From positions 23,607-87,606 of the forward strand of contig JASHOZ010000056.1 in assembly GCA_030038395.1 (NCBI GenBank): DNA of 64,000 nt, read 5' to 3'. A model generated the notes under the pieces. It saw only the letters and a program-made list of their open reading frames with translations, had not been told where the DNA came from and did not search any database. Positions 46,858 through 55,951 of this stretch are shown piece by piece. The position numbers and the translations under genes are program-made. Source of the DNA: Nitrososphaerales archaeon (GTDB lineage Archaea; Thermoproteota; Nitrososphaeria; Nitrososphaerales; Gagatemarchaeaceae). Numbering within the stretch: position 1 is the first letter of the stretch; every line of letters begins with the position of its first letter.

Positions 46858-48231
46858 ATGCCCAAGGTCGGCATAGATGCGATGTACGTGTACGTCCCTC
46901 CACTCCAGGTCGACAACTCCGACCTGGCAAAAGCCAGGGACGAAGAACCGCGGCACTTCACCGAGGGGGTCGGCATCCGCACCTTCTCGATGCCGGGGCC
47001 GGACGAGGACCAGGCGAGCATGGCGGCGACGGCCGCATACCGCCTTATGGAGGCCCACGGGATCTCGCCGAGTGAGATATTCAGGATAGACACACCCACC
47101 GAAAGCGGTATGGACGCTTCGAGAGCCCTCGTCTCCGACGTCATAGGGATGCTCGAGCAGGTGTATGGGAAGGGGAGTATGTCCCACCTGCTGGGATACG
47201 AGCAGAAATTCGCCTGCGTGAGCGGCATGGAGCGGCTCCTGGACACCGCCGCCTGGTTCGCCGCGGAGTGGAACCCGAGGAAGTACGGCCTCGTCCTCGC
47301 CACGGACATAGCGAAGTACAATCTGAAGAGCCGGGAGGAGCCAACCCAGGGCGCGGCTGCCGCGGCCCTGCTGGTTGGGCAGAACCCGAGGCTCGTGGAG
47401 ATAATCCCGGGCGCCCTCGGCTCTGCGATCAGGCACGAGAAGGGAGATTTCAAGAAACCCGGGGGGAGGACAATCGCGATGGTGGACGGCCAGCGATCAT
47501 ACGCCTCCTATCTCTCGGAAATGAAAGAAGCCTGGTTGAACTTCGGCAGATCGGTCAGGAAGATAGCGTTCCTGAAGCCGAGGGCCGACGAGTCCATCCT
47601 CGACAATGTGGGGAGGGCGGTCTACCACAACCCCCACAAGAAGATGGTAATGGGGGCCTACGCGTCCCTTCTCGTGCACGAGTGGAGGAGCCTCCCACGA
47701 TGGAAGAGCGTCGTGGCGGAGATCGGCGACGAGCCCCCCCGCGGCGGAATGAGCGACGTGGACTACTACCAGAGCGGACCCTACCAGGAGTACAGGAGGA
47801 CCTTCATGAAGTCCCGCTGGTTCCTCGACAGCTTCGAGGAGAAGATTGGGGCCTCGACGAAGGCGCCGGAGCTCGTCGGGAACTCGTACTCCGCGTCCGT
47901 CTTCGTCGGGCTGGACAGCATACTGGAGAACGACAGGGCGGACCTTGCCAGCCAGAACGTCATACTCTGCGGCTACGGGAGCGGGAGCCACGCGATCATC
48001 CAGGCCAACATATTCAGCGAGTGGTACAGACACGAAGTCAAGAAGCTCGACCTCATGGACAGGCTGCGGACCGCCAAGAAGCTAACGATCGAGGAGTACG
48101 AGAAGATACACCGTGGCGAACTCTCTCCGGACGAGTGGCCCTCGCGTTCGAGGAAGACGTTCCGACTGAAGAGCGTCGGGGAAAGCGGGACGTCGACGGA
48201 AGGCGACCGCGAATACGTCTTCGCGGAGTAG
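46858..48231 (+). CDS. hydroxymethylglutaryl-CoA synthase, long (MvaS/eukaryote-like) form
   Basis: 'VGIDAMYVYVP', 'PTESGMDASR' (Glu), 'QKFACVSGM' (Cys), 'YHNPHKKM' (His) and 'GYGSGS'. About 457 aa. Confidence 0.7.
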   Translation: MPKVGIDAMYVYVPPLQVDNSDLAKARDEEPRHFTEGVGIRTFSMPGPDEDQASMAATAAYRLMEAHGISPSEIFRIDTPTESGMDASRALVSDVIGMLEQVYGKGSMSHLLGYEQKFACVSGMERLLDTAAWFAAEWNPRKYGLVLATDIAKYNLKSREEPTQGAAAAALLVGQNPRLVEIIPGALGSAIRHEKGDFKKPGGRTIAMVDGQRSYASYLSEMKEAWLNFGRSVRKIAFLKPRADESILDNVGRAVYHNPHKKMVMGAYASLLVHEWRSLPRWKSVVAEIGDEPPRGGMSDVDYYQSGPYQEYRRTFMKSRWFLDSFEEKIGASTKAPELVGNSYSASVFVGLDSILENDRADLASQNVILCGYGSGSHAIIQANIFSEWYRHEVKKLDLMDRLRTAKKLTIEEYEKIHRGELSPDEWPSRSRKTFRLKSVGESGTSTEGDREYVFAE

Positions 48232-48524
48232 GACGGGTACGCGGACTTGGCGTGAGTCAAGAGAGGAAGGAGAGCCTACTTCAGTATCTGCGTGCAAGCC
48301 CTCCAGCCCTGTAGAAAGCGGCCGCCCAAGTTCCAATGGCAAGCTAGGCTCACGACTCTCATGTAACGTCGCGCGCTGGATTCTTTCGAGCTCGTTAGTC
48401 GCTGATGAACGGACGGTGAACTCCGGATCCGCGAGTTTCGTAAGGACCTCCTAGCGATCGCGGTTCGGCCCGAAGGCGGTGGCGGACAGTTCATAACAGA
48501 GATCGTCTCTGCACGCGGGGGTAG

Positions 48525-49130
48525 TTGCGCGTCCAGATTCTAATAGAATCCCTTCAGAGAAGTGGCATCCTCATGCTCTCAGACCCTACTCTCCCGAGCG
48601 TGGTCAAGCTAGTCGGCGGACCCAAAGTCAAAGGGTCGTGGTGGGGGCATCCGAAAGGGCACGAAATATTCCAGAAGCTTGGGTGGCTGGAGTCCCGCCC
48701 TGACGTGTTGGCCACCCGACTTGTCTCCGGCAAGGTGACCTATCTGCACGAGCGACTTTGGGCCGAGTTTCTCTCGGTCGCGACTTCCAGGGAAGACTGG
48801 CAGACCCGTGGTCTTTCGAGCGGCGAGGGTAGGCTTCTCAGAATGGTGGATGTGCGGGGCGAGGTGAGGACAGACAGGGCAGGTGCCAGATACCGAAGTG
48901 GTGACGCCCGGGAGCTGGAGAGGAGGCTCCTTGTGTCGAGCGAGGAGATCCACACTGAGAGTGGCTCCCACGCCAAGCTCTTGGCGACCTGGTCCAACTG
49001 TGCGAAGGTGAAGGACCTGCGCATACACCTGCCGGCGCCTGAGGCTGCTCGGAGGTCCCTTGAGAACCTCCTAGACGAGCTCAATCAAAGATACTCGGGG
49101 AAGGGGTATCTCCCTTGGCGCGGTGCATAA
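48525..49130 (+). CDS. hypothetical protein
   Basis: 201-aa ORF with balanced composition ('KGSWWGHPKGHEIFQKL'). No family recognised. TTG start. Confidence 0.45.
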   Translation: MRVQILIESLQRSGILMLSDPTLPSVVKLVGGPKVKGSWWGHPKGHEIFQKLGWLESRPDVLATRLVSGKVTYLHERLWAEFLSVATSREDWQTRGLSSGEGRLLRMVDVRGEVRTDRAGARYRSGDARELERRLLVSSEEIHTESGSHAKLLATWSNCAKVKDLRIHLPAPEAARRSLENLLDELNQRYSGKGYLPWRGA

Positions 49131-49403
49131 ACGTCCTCAGCGCCTCATCAACGATTTGACGTCGCCGGGCTCCGCGCGAGTCGGCAGGACTCGAGATAGG
49201 CGCTGGCGAGTGCCACTGCGTCGCATGGCAGAGGCCCGCGAGGCACTGTTCCACCCGATCGACGCGGCCGAGAAAGGAAGAGGCAACGTCCGAGGCTTCC
49301 GCGCCGGCTCCATGTGAGGAATCCGTGATACCAAGGTGGCGGCCAAGGTGTTCGCAAGGCCCAGTCTCGCGGGACGGCTTTGGGAATTGGCGTACAGACA
49401 GAT

Positions 49404-49904
49404 CTAGAGCACGATGTCGAATGACAGCGTGGCGATCGAGCCCTCACCCAGTCCGACGCGCGCAGTCCCACTGGCTCTCAAGTCGACACTTCCAAGACCT
49501 GCGACGTAATCTCCAACCGTCAACAGGGCGGACGACCAACTTGTATGAAGCGGGAAGTAGACAGTCTGGGAAGTCTGGGGCGCGAAGTAATACTGATGCG
49601 AGGTCTCCCCAGACCCGACGTATCTTCCATCCACATAAATCGAGTAGTTCATCGCTTCCAGCGTCGCTCCGAATCCATATGCGTTGAAAGTATCTGCCTT
49701 CAACGTGAGGTTCAACCCGCCAGGACCAAGAGCCGCTATCTCCACCGCTGAGGAACGAACCTGGAGCTCGCCGATCGCCGGTGCTCCCTGCGCGCCGTAC
49801 GCCCCGTTCGAGACGTGGGCAAGGGCGACCTCCGACGCCGTCCCTAGGACCAAGATGAGCAGCAGCACACCGAGGAGAGCGTTCCCCCCGCGCTGGTAAG
49901 ACAT
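49404..49904 (-). CDS. secreted LEA_2/NDR1-like (LEA14-type) beta-sandwich protein
   Basis: Signal/anchor 'ALLGVLLLILVLGTASEVALA' and the pattern 'YSIYVDGRYVGSGE...' typical of LEA_2 domains. Assignment is tentative. Confidence 0.45.
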   Translation of the reverse strand: MSYQRGGNALLGVLLLILVLGTASEVALAHVSNGAYGAQGAPAIGELQVRSSAVEIAALGPGGLNLTLKADTFNAYGFGATLEAMNYSIYVDGRYVGSGETSHQYYFAPQTSQTVYFPLHTSWSSALLTVGDYVAGLGSVDLRASGTARVGLGEGSIATLSFDIVL

Positions 49905-50028
49905 CTCCCTCGCTCAGCGGCGGCCTTTCATTAAAGGGTGGCTGACGGACTCGCGCCCCTATGCTTAGGTGGAACGGACGAAGGGAGGTACGACATTCTT
50001 ATCAGGCACGACGAGTCTCGCTGATGGG

Positions 50029-50736
50029 ATGGGTCGAGGATCAACGGTAGCGTGGGTCGGCATCGCGCTGACAATCTTCCTTTTGCCCTTCGTCCAGTTA
50101 GGCTACGCCTCTCAGTCGGGCTACGTCGCTTACAGCGTCCTGACGACTTCCGGAAGGACACAAGAGACTTACTCGATCAACGAGAGTGTTTCGCCGAGTC
50201 CGACGAAGGGGGAGTCCATCCTCTCGATCTATCTGCGCTCAGCCACTACCAACCTCACCGATGCGCGCTTCGTCAACTCCTCGATAGAGGTGTTCCCATA
50301 CGTGCCTGCGGTCTCGAACCTCACCTACACATACAGCAATGACTCTTACGTTGTCACGGCACATGTCGCCGAGGTGGGAAGCTCACGCGCGGCCTTCCAG
50401 GGCATCGCTTTCACGCTTGAGGACTACTCGTTCTATGCGAACGTCTCCAAGGCACAGACGGCTCCCCAGACGCTCAGCGGCAACTTTACCACTCTGCCGT
50501 CTGGACTGATCTACTCCCTCTCCATAGTCTCGAATGACACGAGCGCCGTCGTTACGCTCGTCTCGACTTCGCTACCGCTGGAGGCGAGTTCAGGAGGCAT
50601 CACCACCTCCGCCGCGTCAGCCGGCTTGGGCGTGTCCGCCGTCGTCGGCGCCGTCGCTCTGTCCTTGGGCGTAAGGTCGAAGAGGAGCAAGAACGGGCAA
50701 CAGAGTGGTCAACGGCCGGACTACTGGGTGGACTGA
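50029..50736 (+). CDS. surface protein with signal peptide and C-terminal TM anchor
   Basis: 'MGRGSTVAWVGIALTIFLLPFVQLGYA' signal, many N-x-S/T sequons, and C-terminal 'GLGVSAVVGAVALSLGV' followed by a basic tail. Confidence 0.5.
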   Translation: MGRGSTVAWVGIALTIFLLPFVQLGYASQSGYVAYSVLTTSGRTQETYSINESVSPSPTKGESILSIYLRSATTNLTDARFVNSSIEVFPYVPAVSNLTYTYSNDSYVVTAHVAEVGSSRAAFQGIAFTLEDYSFYANVSKAQTAPQTLSGNFTTLPSGLIYSLSIVSNDTSAVVTLVSTSLPLEASSGGITTSAASAGLGVSAVVGAVALSLGVRSKRSKNGQQSGQRPDYWVD

Positions 50737-50785
50737 TCCCACCAGAGCCAGTCAGTGGTGCAAGGAGTCGTCTCGCGTAGAGCAA

Positions 50786-51712
50786 GTGGCAACGCTCGAC
50801 GGAGCCGTGAAGGACTACGGGTCCAAGAGAATCGGGCCGATTTCGTTCACGGTGGAGAGTGGGGAAATCATGGGGTTCCTTGGTCCGAACGGCTCCGGGA
50901 AGTCGACGACGATCAGGATGCTCTTGGGGCTGATTCGCCCGACCTCAGGGAGCGTCAGGCTGATGCAGAAGGACCCCATCAGCCAGCATGAGAAGGCGCT
51001 AGCCGATGTAGGATACTCGCCCGAGCTTCCTAACCTCCAGACCTTCCTATCACCTGCCGAACTGCTGACTCTCACTGGCAGGTTGCGCGGCCTCGACCGC
51101 AGGGCCACCGAGGATGAGATACCCCATCTTCTCGAGGACGTCGGACTCACGGAATACGAGGGCTACAAGATTTCAAGGCTCAGCAAGGGGATGGTGCAAA
51201 GGCTCAGCGTCGCGCAGGCGATGGTCGGGGCACCGAAGGTGCTCATACTGGACGAGCCGACTATCGGGATAGACCCTGCCGGCGCTGTGCACTTCCGTTC
51301 GCTGTTCAGAGAATTCGTGCGGAACGGAGGGACTATCGTAATGTCCTCGCACATCCTCTCCGAGGTGGAGGCGCTCTGCACGAGTCTCGCGGTGATCCAC
51401 TCAGGCTCGGTGGTGTACAGGGGGGAGTTGCAGAAGTTCATCCCTACGTGGGTTGGCTCTAGGACGGTGTCGATAGAACTGGGGGAAGCCGCTGACGACG
51501 GGCTCATCCAGGCGCTGTCGAAAGTCAAAGGCGTGACCAAGCTGACGGCAGAGAAGGCCAACCTGCTGATCGAGGTGTCCAAGGACAGCGATCCCAGGGG
51601 CGAGATTTCGAGGCTGGTCATCGACTCTGGCGCGAAGCTCCTCTCCATGGGCTATTCGAGAGACGAGCTTCAGGACGCGTACGTCAACTCCATGAGGGGG
51701 ACCACCGAGTGA
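50786..51712 (+). CDS. ABC transporter ATP-binding protein
   Basis: Walker A 'GPNGSGKST', signature 'LSKGMVQR', Walker B 'LILDEP'. The GTG at 50786 is chosen to avoid overlap with the upstream gene. Confidence 0.85.
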   Translation: MATLDGAVKDYGSKRIGPISFTVESGEIMGFLGPNGSGKSTTIRMLLGLIRPTSGSVRLMQKDPISQHEKALADVGYSPELPNLQTFLSPAELLTLTGRLRGLDRRATEDEIPHLLEDVGLTEYEGYKISRLSKGMVQRLSVAQAMVGAPKVLILDEPTIGIDPAGAVHFRSLFREFVRNGGTIVMSSHILSEVEALCTSLAVIHSGSVVYRGELQKFIPTWVGSRTVSIELGEAADDGLIQALSKVKGVTKLTAEKANLLIEVSKDSDPRGEISRLVIDSGAKLLSMGYSRDELQDAYVNSMRGTTE

Positions 51713-52554
51713 GGCCAGGCAGGATCCTCGCCCTGTCCCGTTACGAAATCAGGAGGGCGGTGGCGCGGAGGAAGGTCCTCGCGGTCGTCGCCCTGACCAT
51801 ACTGATCGACACGGCCCCGTACTATGCCCTTGCAGCCGCCGGCACTTCTTTGATACCCGCAACCTACCATCCCTTCCTCTGGGTCGTCGGGATTTTCATC
51901 CCACAGGCGTTCTTCCTGCAGTTCATCGCCCTCTTGATCGCGGCCGGCTCCATGTCCGAGGAGTACGAGCAGGGAACAGCGGAGGTGCTCCTTTCGAAGC
52001 CCGTCACCAGGAGGGAGTATTTCCTAGGAAAATACCTCGGAGGCTACATTCTGCTGATGCTCGTCGTCGCTCTCAACGCCGTCCTCACCGTCTCCTCCGC
52101 GACTTTCATCTTCGGCCCCCAGGCAGGGCTGCAGGTCCTCCCGCTGGTGCTGCTCGTACAGGTCTTCTCCGGATTGGTGTTCTACTCGGTGGCCTTCATG
52201 ATAGGCGAACTCGTGAGGAGGTCGTCGCTTTCGTACATCCTGTCGTCGGCCGTCTTTTTCACAAGCCAGATCGTCGGAGTCTATCTGACCGTGATATATG
52301 ACCTGACGGGACAGGCGATGTTCAAGACCGCCAGCCTGTATCTTCCGACTTCCCCGGTCGACTCTCTACCACTGTTGCTTGCCGAGCCCAGGCTCCCTGA
52401 TACGGTGCAGTTCCTGTTCAAGCTGGGAGACGTGGGCGCGGTCGAGACGTCAGCAGTCCTCTCAGCTGTGCTGATAGCTCTCTATTCCGTCAGTGCGATA
52501 GTTATCGCAGTCACGTACTTCTCCAGGGTAGACATCGCCAAGAGGATCACATGA
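51709..52554 (+). CDS. ABC-2-type transporter permease
   Basis: 6 TM helices. The GTG start overlaps the ATPase TGA (GTGA at 51709-51712). Confidence 0.7.
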   Translation: MRPGRILALSRYEIRRAVARRKVLAVVALTILIDTAPYYALAAAGTSLIPATYHPFLWVVGIFIPQAFFLQFIALLIAAGSMSEEYEQGTAEVLLSKPVTRREYFLGKYLGGYILLMLVVALNAVLTVSSATFIFGPQAGLQVLPLVLLVQVFSGLVFYSVAFMIGELVRRSSLSYILSSAVFFTSQIVGVYLTVIYDLTGQAMFKTASLYLPTSPVDSLPLLLAEPRLPDTVQFLFKLGDVGAVETSAVLSAVLIALYSVSAIVIAVTYFSRVDIAKRIT

Positions 52555-52740
52555 GCCTGACGCAGGGTTCCGTGCGCTCAAGGGAAAGGTCCACGGATGG
52601 GTTGGGAGCAGCGGCCTGACGCCCTTCAAGTCAGCGGGCGGATTTCGGACTAGCGGCCCAGCCCAATCGCCGTCTCTCGGGCGCTCCACTCCAGGCTCCT
52701 TGAAGAAGAGCACCGGTTCCTGTATGCCGCGAGTTTCGCC

Positions 52741-52887
52741 TCAGTGACGGCCCCAATATACGTCGGCGCTGGCTCCGTGCTCGACCAGGGGTCGTGCGGC
52801 TCGCTTATGAGTGGTTCCACAGCGCTTCAGGTGCCTCGCATACTTCTTCGCAGCAATCAGCTTGCCGCACTTGGGGCATATCGGCAC
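52741..52887 (-). CDS. 48-aa CPxCG...HxxxC mini-protein
   Basis: GTG at 52887, TGA at 52741-52743. Translation is MPICPKCGKLIAAKKYARHLKRCGTTHKRAARPLVEHGASADVYWGRH. It lies in an otherwise empty gap. Confidence 0.3.
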   Translation of the reverse strand: MPICPKCGKLIAAKKYARHLKRCGTTHKRAARPLVEHGASADVYWGRH

Positions 52888-52941
52888 GGAGGAACCGGCG
52901 CTTCACGTGCTTAAATACTAACCTCGCACGTTTGTTCTCGG

Positions 52942-53373
52942 ATGAGCGAGTCCCTGGACAATACCGGGTCCTCCAGCCTCACCCGGACGACGAGCGGCAC
53001 GGCGACCGGCCCGTTGGATTCTGTCGAGAAGATGATCCCCGCGGTCGACGAGGTCACGTTCTGGCTGCTTGTCAACATCGTCATGTTCCTTTACGTGGGG
53101 CTCGAGGAGCTGGTCCACGGATACGGTCCGGGGAGCCTGCTCTCTGCCGGGGCCGTCGTCATGGCGGTCATCTACATCATGCTGTGGCTGATGGGGAAGA
53201 CGAACAGGAGGATGGCCAACCAGCTAATCCTCGTCCTCTCCGGTCTCGCGGTCCTGGGCGACCTGATCTACATCGCCTGGAAGTGGAACGGCGCCTTCAC
53301 ACCTGACAGCGTGTTCCTTGACCTGGTAGGGCTACTGCTGTTCAGAGCCGCCCACAAGGCGCTAAAGGGGTAG
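52942..53373 (+). CDS. hypothetical four-TM membrane protein
   Basis: 143 aa with hydrophobic helices 'FWLLVNIVMFLYVGL', 'AVVMAVIYIMLWLM', 'LILVLSGLAVLGDLIYIAW' and 'LDLVGLLLF'. Confidence 0.5.
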   Translation: MSESLDNTGSSSLTRTTSGTATGPLDSVEKMIPAVDEVTFWLLVNIVMFLYVGLEELVHGYGPGSLLSAGAVVMAVIYIMLWLMGKTNRRMANQLILVLSGLAVLGDLIYIAWKWNGAFTPDSVFLDLVGLLLFRAAHKALKG

Positions 53374-53453
53374 CCAGGGCTCTTCCACGGTCTGCCTAAC
53401 CTAGCGCGTCCAGTCGGACTCGCAGGATGGTGGAGCGGAGCACCTTCGAGATA

Positions 53454-53849
53454 TCACCGCTGGAACAGTTTGATGCCATGCCGTCTCGCGGTCGCCTTGA
53501 GGGCTTCATCGAAGGAGTAGAGGGGGAGCTCCATCCTCCCCGCCGCGGATAGGATGATGAGGTCGTTGTATTCCAGATGGTTCCTCATCCTCGATGTCGC
53601 GAACACGAGGTCGTCCGGGGAGCATGGGACGAATGTCGTCTTCCCGTTAGTCATGTATTCCTTGACTTTCGCGTTCGCCCTTGAGACCGCAATCTTCTGG
53701 CTCCTGAAGAACCACACCAGTTCATGGAAGACCATGCTGGGGAGGCCCCATCCGTCAAGCGAGTCGAGACCAGAAGACGCTTCCATGTGGAACTCGCTGT
53801 CTTCGAACGTGTCGAACACAAGGACGTTGGTGTCGACTATCGCCTTCAA
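53454..53849 (-). CDS. vapC: PIN-domain toxin VapC
   Basis: 'AIVDTNVLVFDTFEDSE' (first acidic residues) and 'NDLIILSAA'. The TTG start overlaps the vapB TGA. Confidence 0.85.
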   Translation of the reverse strand: MKAIVDTNVLVFDTFEDSEFHMEASSGLDSLDGWGLPSMVFHELVWFFRSQKIAVSRANAKVKEYMTNGKTTFVPCSPDDLVFATSRMRNHLEYNDLIILSAAGRMELPLYSFDEALKATARRHGIKLFQR

Positions 53850-54073
53850 GACCCGTGGCCCCTCTCTATCCCTTCCTCGATCCGCTCGATGGTAAGTCTG
53901 GCGCCGAGCTTCCAGGTCTTCCTCCGGCCCTTCGTCGGAGGTCTCACCACGACCAGCTCGCCTTCCTCGTCATATTCAACCAGCACAGAGTCTCCCTTCT
54001 CGATCCTGGCCCTGGTCCTCACCTCCTTTGGGATGGTTACCTGGTAGTTCCTGTTCACCTTAGTAATAGGCAT
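53846..54073 (-). CDS. vapB: AbrB/SpoVT-type antitoxin VapB
   Basis: 'NYQVTIPKEVRTRARIEKGDSVLVEYDEEGELVV' is a swapped-hairpin AbrB fold signature. Confidence 0.85.
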   Translation of the reverse strand: MPITKVNRNYQVTIPKEVRTRARIEKGDSVLVEYDEEGELVVVRPPTKGRRKTWKLGARLTIERIEEGIERGHGS

Positions 54074-54105
54074 ATTATGCCTATATCGGCATTAGGGAAA
54101 TATAA
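54068..54105 (-). promoter_or_regulatory. vapBC control region: 15-nt perfect palindrome over the start codon plus TATA-like box
   Basis: AGGCATATTATGCCT lies at 54068-54082 and contains the vapB ATG (54071-54073). TTATATTT on the coding strand (54098-54105) lies 25-32 nt upstream, which implies a leaderless transcript. Confidence 0.35.
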
Positions 54106-54474
54106 GGAGTCTTTCTGCCGGGGTTTCCGTCTCGTCACCCCGCACGGTTGGCATACTCGCTGGAGTCTAGGCTTACAGAGTTTACACTGAGGTAGACGGA
54201 CGAGCTTGCACTGGGAGTGAAGAGCGGGGACGACTCGAACCCGAGGGCGCCTACAGTCGATGGGAATGCTCACTTTGATACCATCGTAGGTTTCCGTCCA
54301 ATCCCAGCAGGCTAGCCTGCGAGCACTACAACACCCCATAGTCAGACTCCGAATGGGGACTCCTCACTCCCAAACGAAAGTGTGTCGGCGCCAATGGAGC
54401 GAAATCCCCTGTCAAGACTCAGGCGCCTGAGAGCAAGAGGAAGATTCATGGGTGGTCATACCCAGGCATGACCA

Positions 54475-54981
54475 ATGGCGAACGAGACTGAGGTGGTGAA
54501 GTTCTCCATTTCAATGACGCCTAGACTCTACACTGGCCTCACGGCTGCTTCGTTGGACAAGGGGACGAACGAGTCGCGGCAGATCGAAACATACCTGCGA
54601 GAAAGCCCAAGCGTCAAGAAGTACCCAGATCTCGTCGAGTCAGAGCCAGAAGCGGGGGCTCATCTCGCAAGCCCGAGAATGAGGGACGACGTCATCAAAG
54701 CAGCATGTCGGGAAGGTAGTGAGAAGCTACTGGAAGCGAGGCTCGTGCAGCAGGGAGTGAAGACTCCCGAAGCAATCCCAGCGACCTCGGCTTTCACAGG
54801 TGTACACTCACTTCACAACTCACGGAACCAACGCACCAGGCGGACACACCCTGTCGGAGCGACTAGGATTCCGACCAAGCCCAGGGTTACGGCCCAAGCC
54901 GGGGCCCTCCTCACCAGGGCGAAGGGAGGTTGCCCGCAGTTGCTAGGCCTTGAAGACGCTTTCAACCCCCGATTCGCGTAG
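54475..54981 (+). CDS. hypothetical protein, possible ribbon-helix-helix N-terminus
   Basis: 'VVKFSISMTPRLYTGLTAASLDKGTNESRQIETYLRE' resembles an RHH beta-strand plus helix. The C-terminal 90 aa are low complexity and may not be coding. Confidence 0.3.
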   Translation: MANETEVVKFSISMTPRLYTGLTAASLDKGTNESRQIETYLRESPSVKKYPDLVESEPEAGAHLASPRMRDDVIKAACREGSEKLLEARLVQQGVKTPEAIPATSAFTGVHSLHNSRNQRTRRTHPVGATRIPTKPRVTAQAGALLTRAKGGCPQLLGLEDAFNPRFA

Positions 54982-54993
54982 GCAATGGACGAG

Positions 54994-55398
54994 TCACGGT
55001 CGGTAGTCGCCAAGGGCTTTCCTCATCACGTCGACCTGCTCCCTCATCAGGGCAATCGCGGCCTCTAGGTCTTTGCACGCCTCTTCCTCCTTCGAGAGCG
55101 CCTTCTGAAGGTCGGCGATCTTGGCTGGCGCGTTCCCCATGTCCTGCGTGATTTCGCCAACCGGGGCGTAGTCCAGCCGCCTGGGCATCCCTGAGAACAG
55201 CTCCCGCTGCACCTGGTTGATTTCCGTGAGCTTCGTCTGGTCCGTGGCCGCGAGCCACGAGACTTCTCTCCCAGCTCGCAAGCTCTCGTAGAGCTGGTCC
55301 TGCAGCTTCCTATAGGAGTCCCAGTACCTCAGCCACGCGTCGTTGAAAGAACCGAAAATCTCCGCCAGCCTGGCATCGCGCTCCTCCTTCTTTTCCAA
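54994..55398 (-). CDS. hypothetical coiled-coil protein
   Basis: 134 aa with heptad-rich, charged composition ('DAWLRYWDSYRKLQDQLYESL'). No family recognised. Confidence 0.45.
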   Translation of the reverse strand: MEKKEERDARLAEIFGSFNDAWLRYWDSYRKLQDQLYESLRAGREVSWLAATDQTKLTEINQVQRELFSGMPRRLDYAPVGEITQDMGNAPAKIADLQKALSKEEEACKDLEAAIALMREQVDVMRKALGDYRP

Positions 55399-55568
55399 CT
55401 CGTATCGCGCTGGCGGCCCCTACTAATATGACTTGGCAGCTCATCAACCGTGCTCTCCGTTTTGCTCCCGGGTTCCCCGAGCCGTGGAACGACCATTCAG
55501 TCCTTTTAATAGGGCCCCCATCAACGCTAGTCTATCGGGCGGAATAACGGTAGGGCTGGTGATTTCTA

Positions 55569-55874
55569 TTGAGTTTCGGTCAACGAGGAGGATATGGCAA
55601 TAGGGGAGGGTTCGGAAGAGGGTCCGGGTCCTTCAAGAAGCCCGTTGAGGTCGGGAAGGAGTACAACGTCAGCATCTCCGACACCAGCAGGCGAGGAGAA
55701 GGCATCGCCAAAGTCGACGGATTCATCGTCTTTGTCCCTGGCACTAAGGTCGGCCAGAATGTCAGGATAAAGGTGACACAGGTCTCCGAGCGGTTTGCGT
55801 CCGGACAGGTCGTGGACAGTTCGCCAGCGTCAGCGGCACCCACCTCCGAATCCGGTGGGGCATCAACGAACTGA
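55569..55874 (+). CDS. TRAM-domain RNA-binding protein with N-terminal RGG-rich tail
   Basis: 'GKEYNVSISDTSRRGEGIAKVDGFIVFVPGTKVGQNVRIKVTQVSERFA' is a TRAM OB-fold. N-terminus is 'GQRGGYGNRGGFGRGSG'. TTG start. Confidence 0.8.
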   Translation: MSFGQRGGYGNRGGFGRGSGSFKKPVEVGKEYNVSISDTSRRGEGIAKVDGFIVFVPGTKVGQNVRIKVTQVSERFASGQVVDSSPASAAPTSESGGASTN

Positions 55875-55930
55875 GCTGGGGCCTAGCCGCTGAAGCGTTG
55901 TTGGTCGATCGTGGGTCGACCACCTACCCC

Positions 55931-55951
55931 TTTTTGTCGCTTCCCGTTTTT
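55931..55951 (+). terminator. two T5 tracts downstream of the TRAM gene (archaeal oligo-T terminator candidate)
   Basis: TTTTT at 55931-55935 and at 55947-55951, which is 57-77 nt after the stop codon. Confidence 0.3.

Noticed and set aside
47268-48314. 348-aa ORF in an alternative frame of the HMG-CoA synthase gene
   Set aside because: The translation is Arg/Gly/Glu-rich, and the 46858 frame carries all the catalytic motifs.
54225-54255. T-arm-like string (GCGGGGACGACTCGAACCCGAGGGC), suggesting a minus-strand tRNA
   Set aside because: The flanks of the TTCGAGT loop (TCGGG and CGTCC) do not pair. No complementary acceptor strand was found within 150 nt, and the local hairpin is instead CTCG-GGTT-CGAG.
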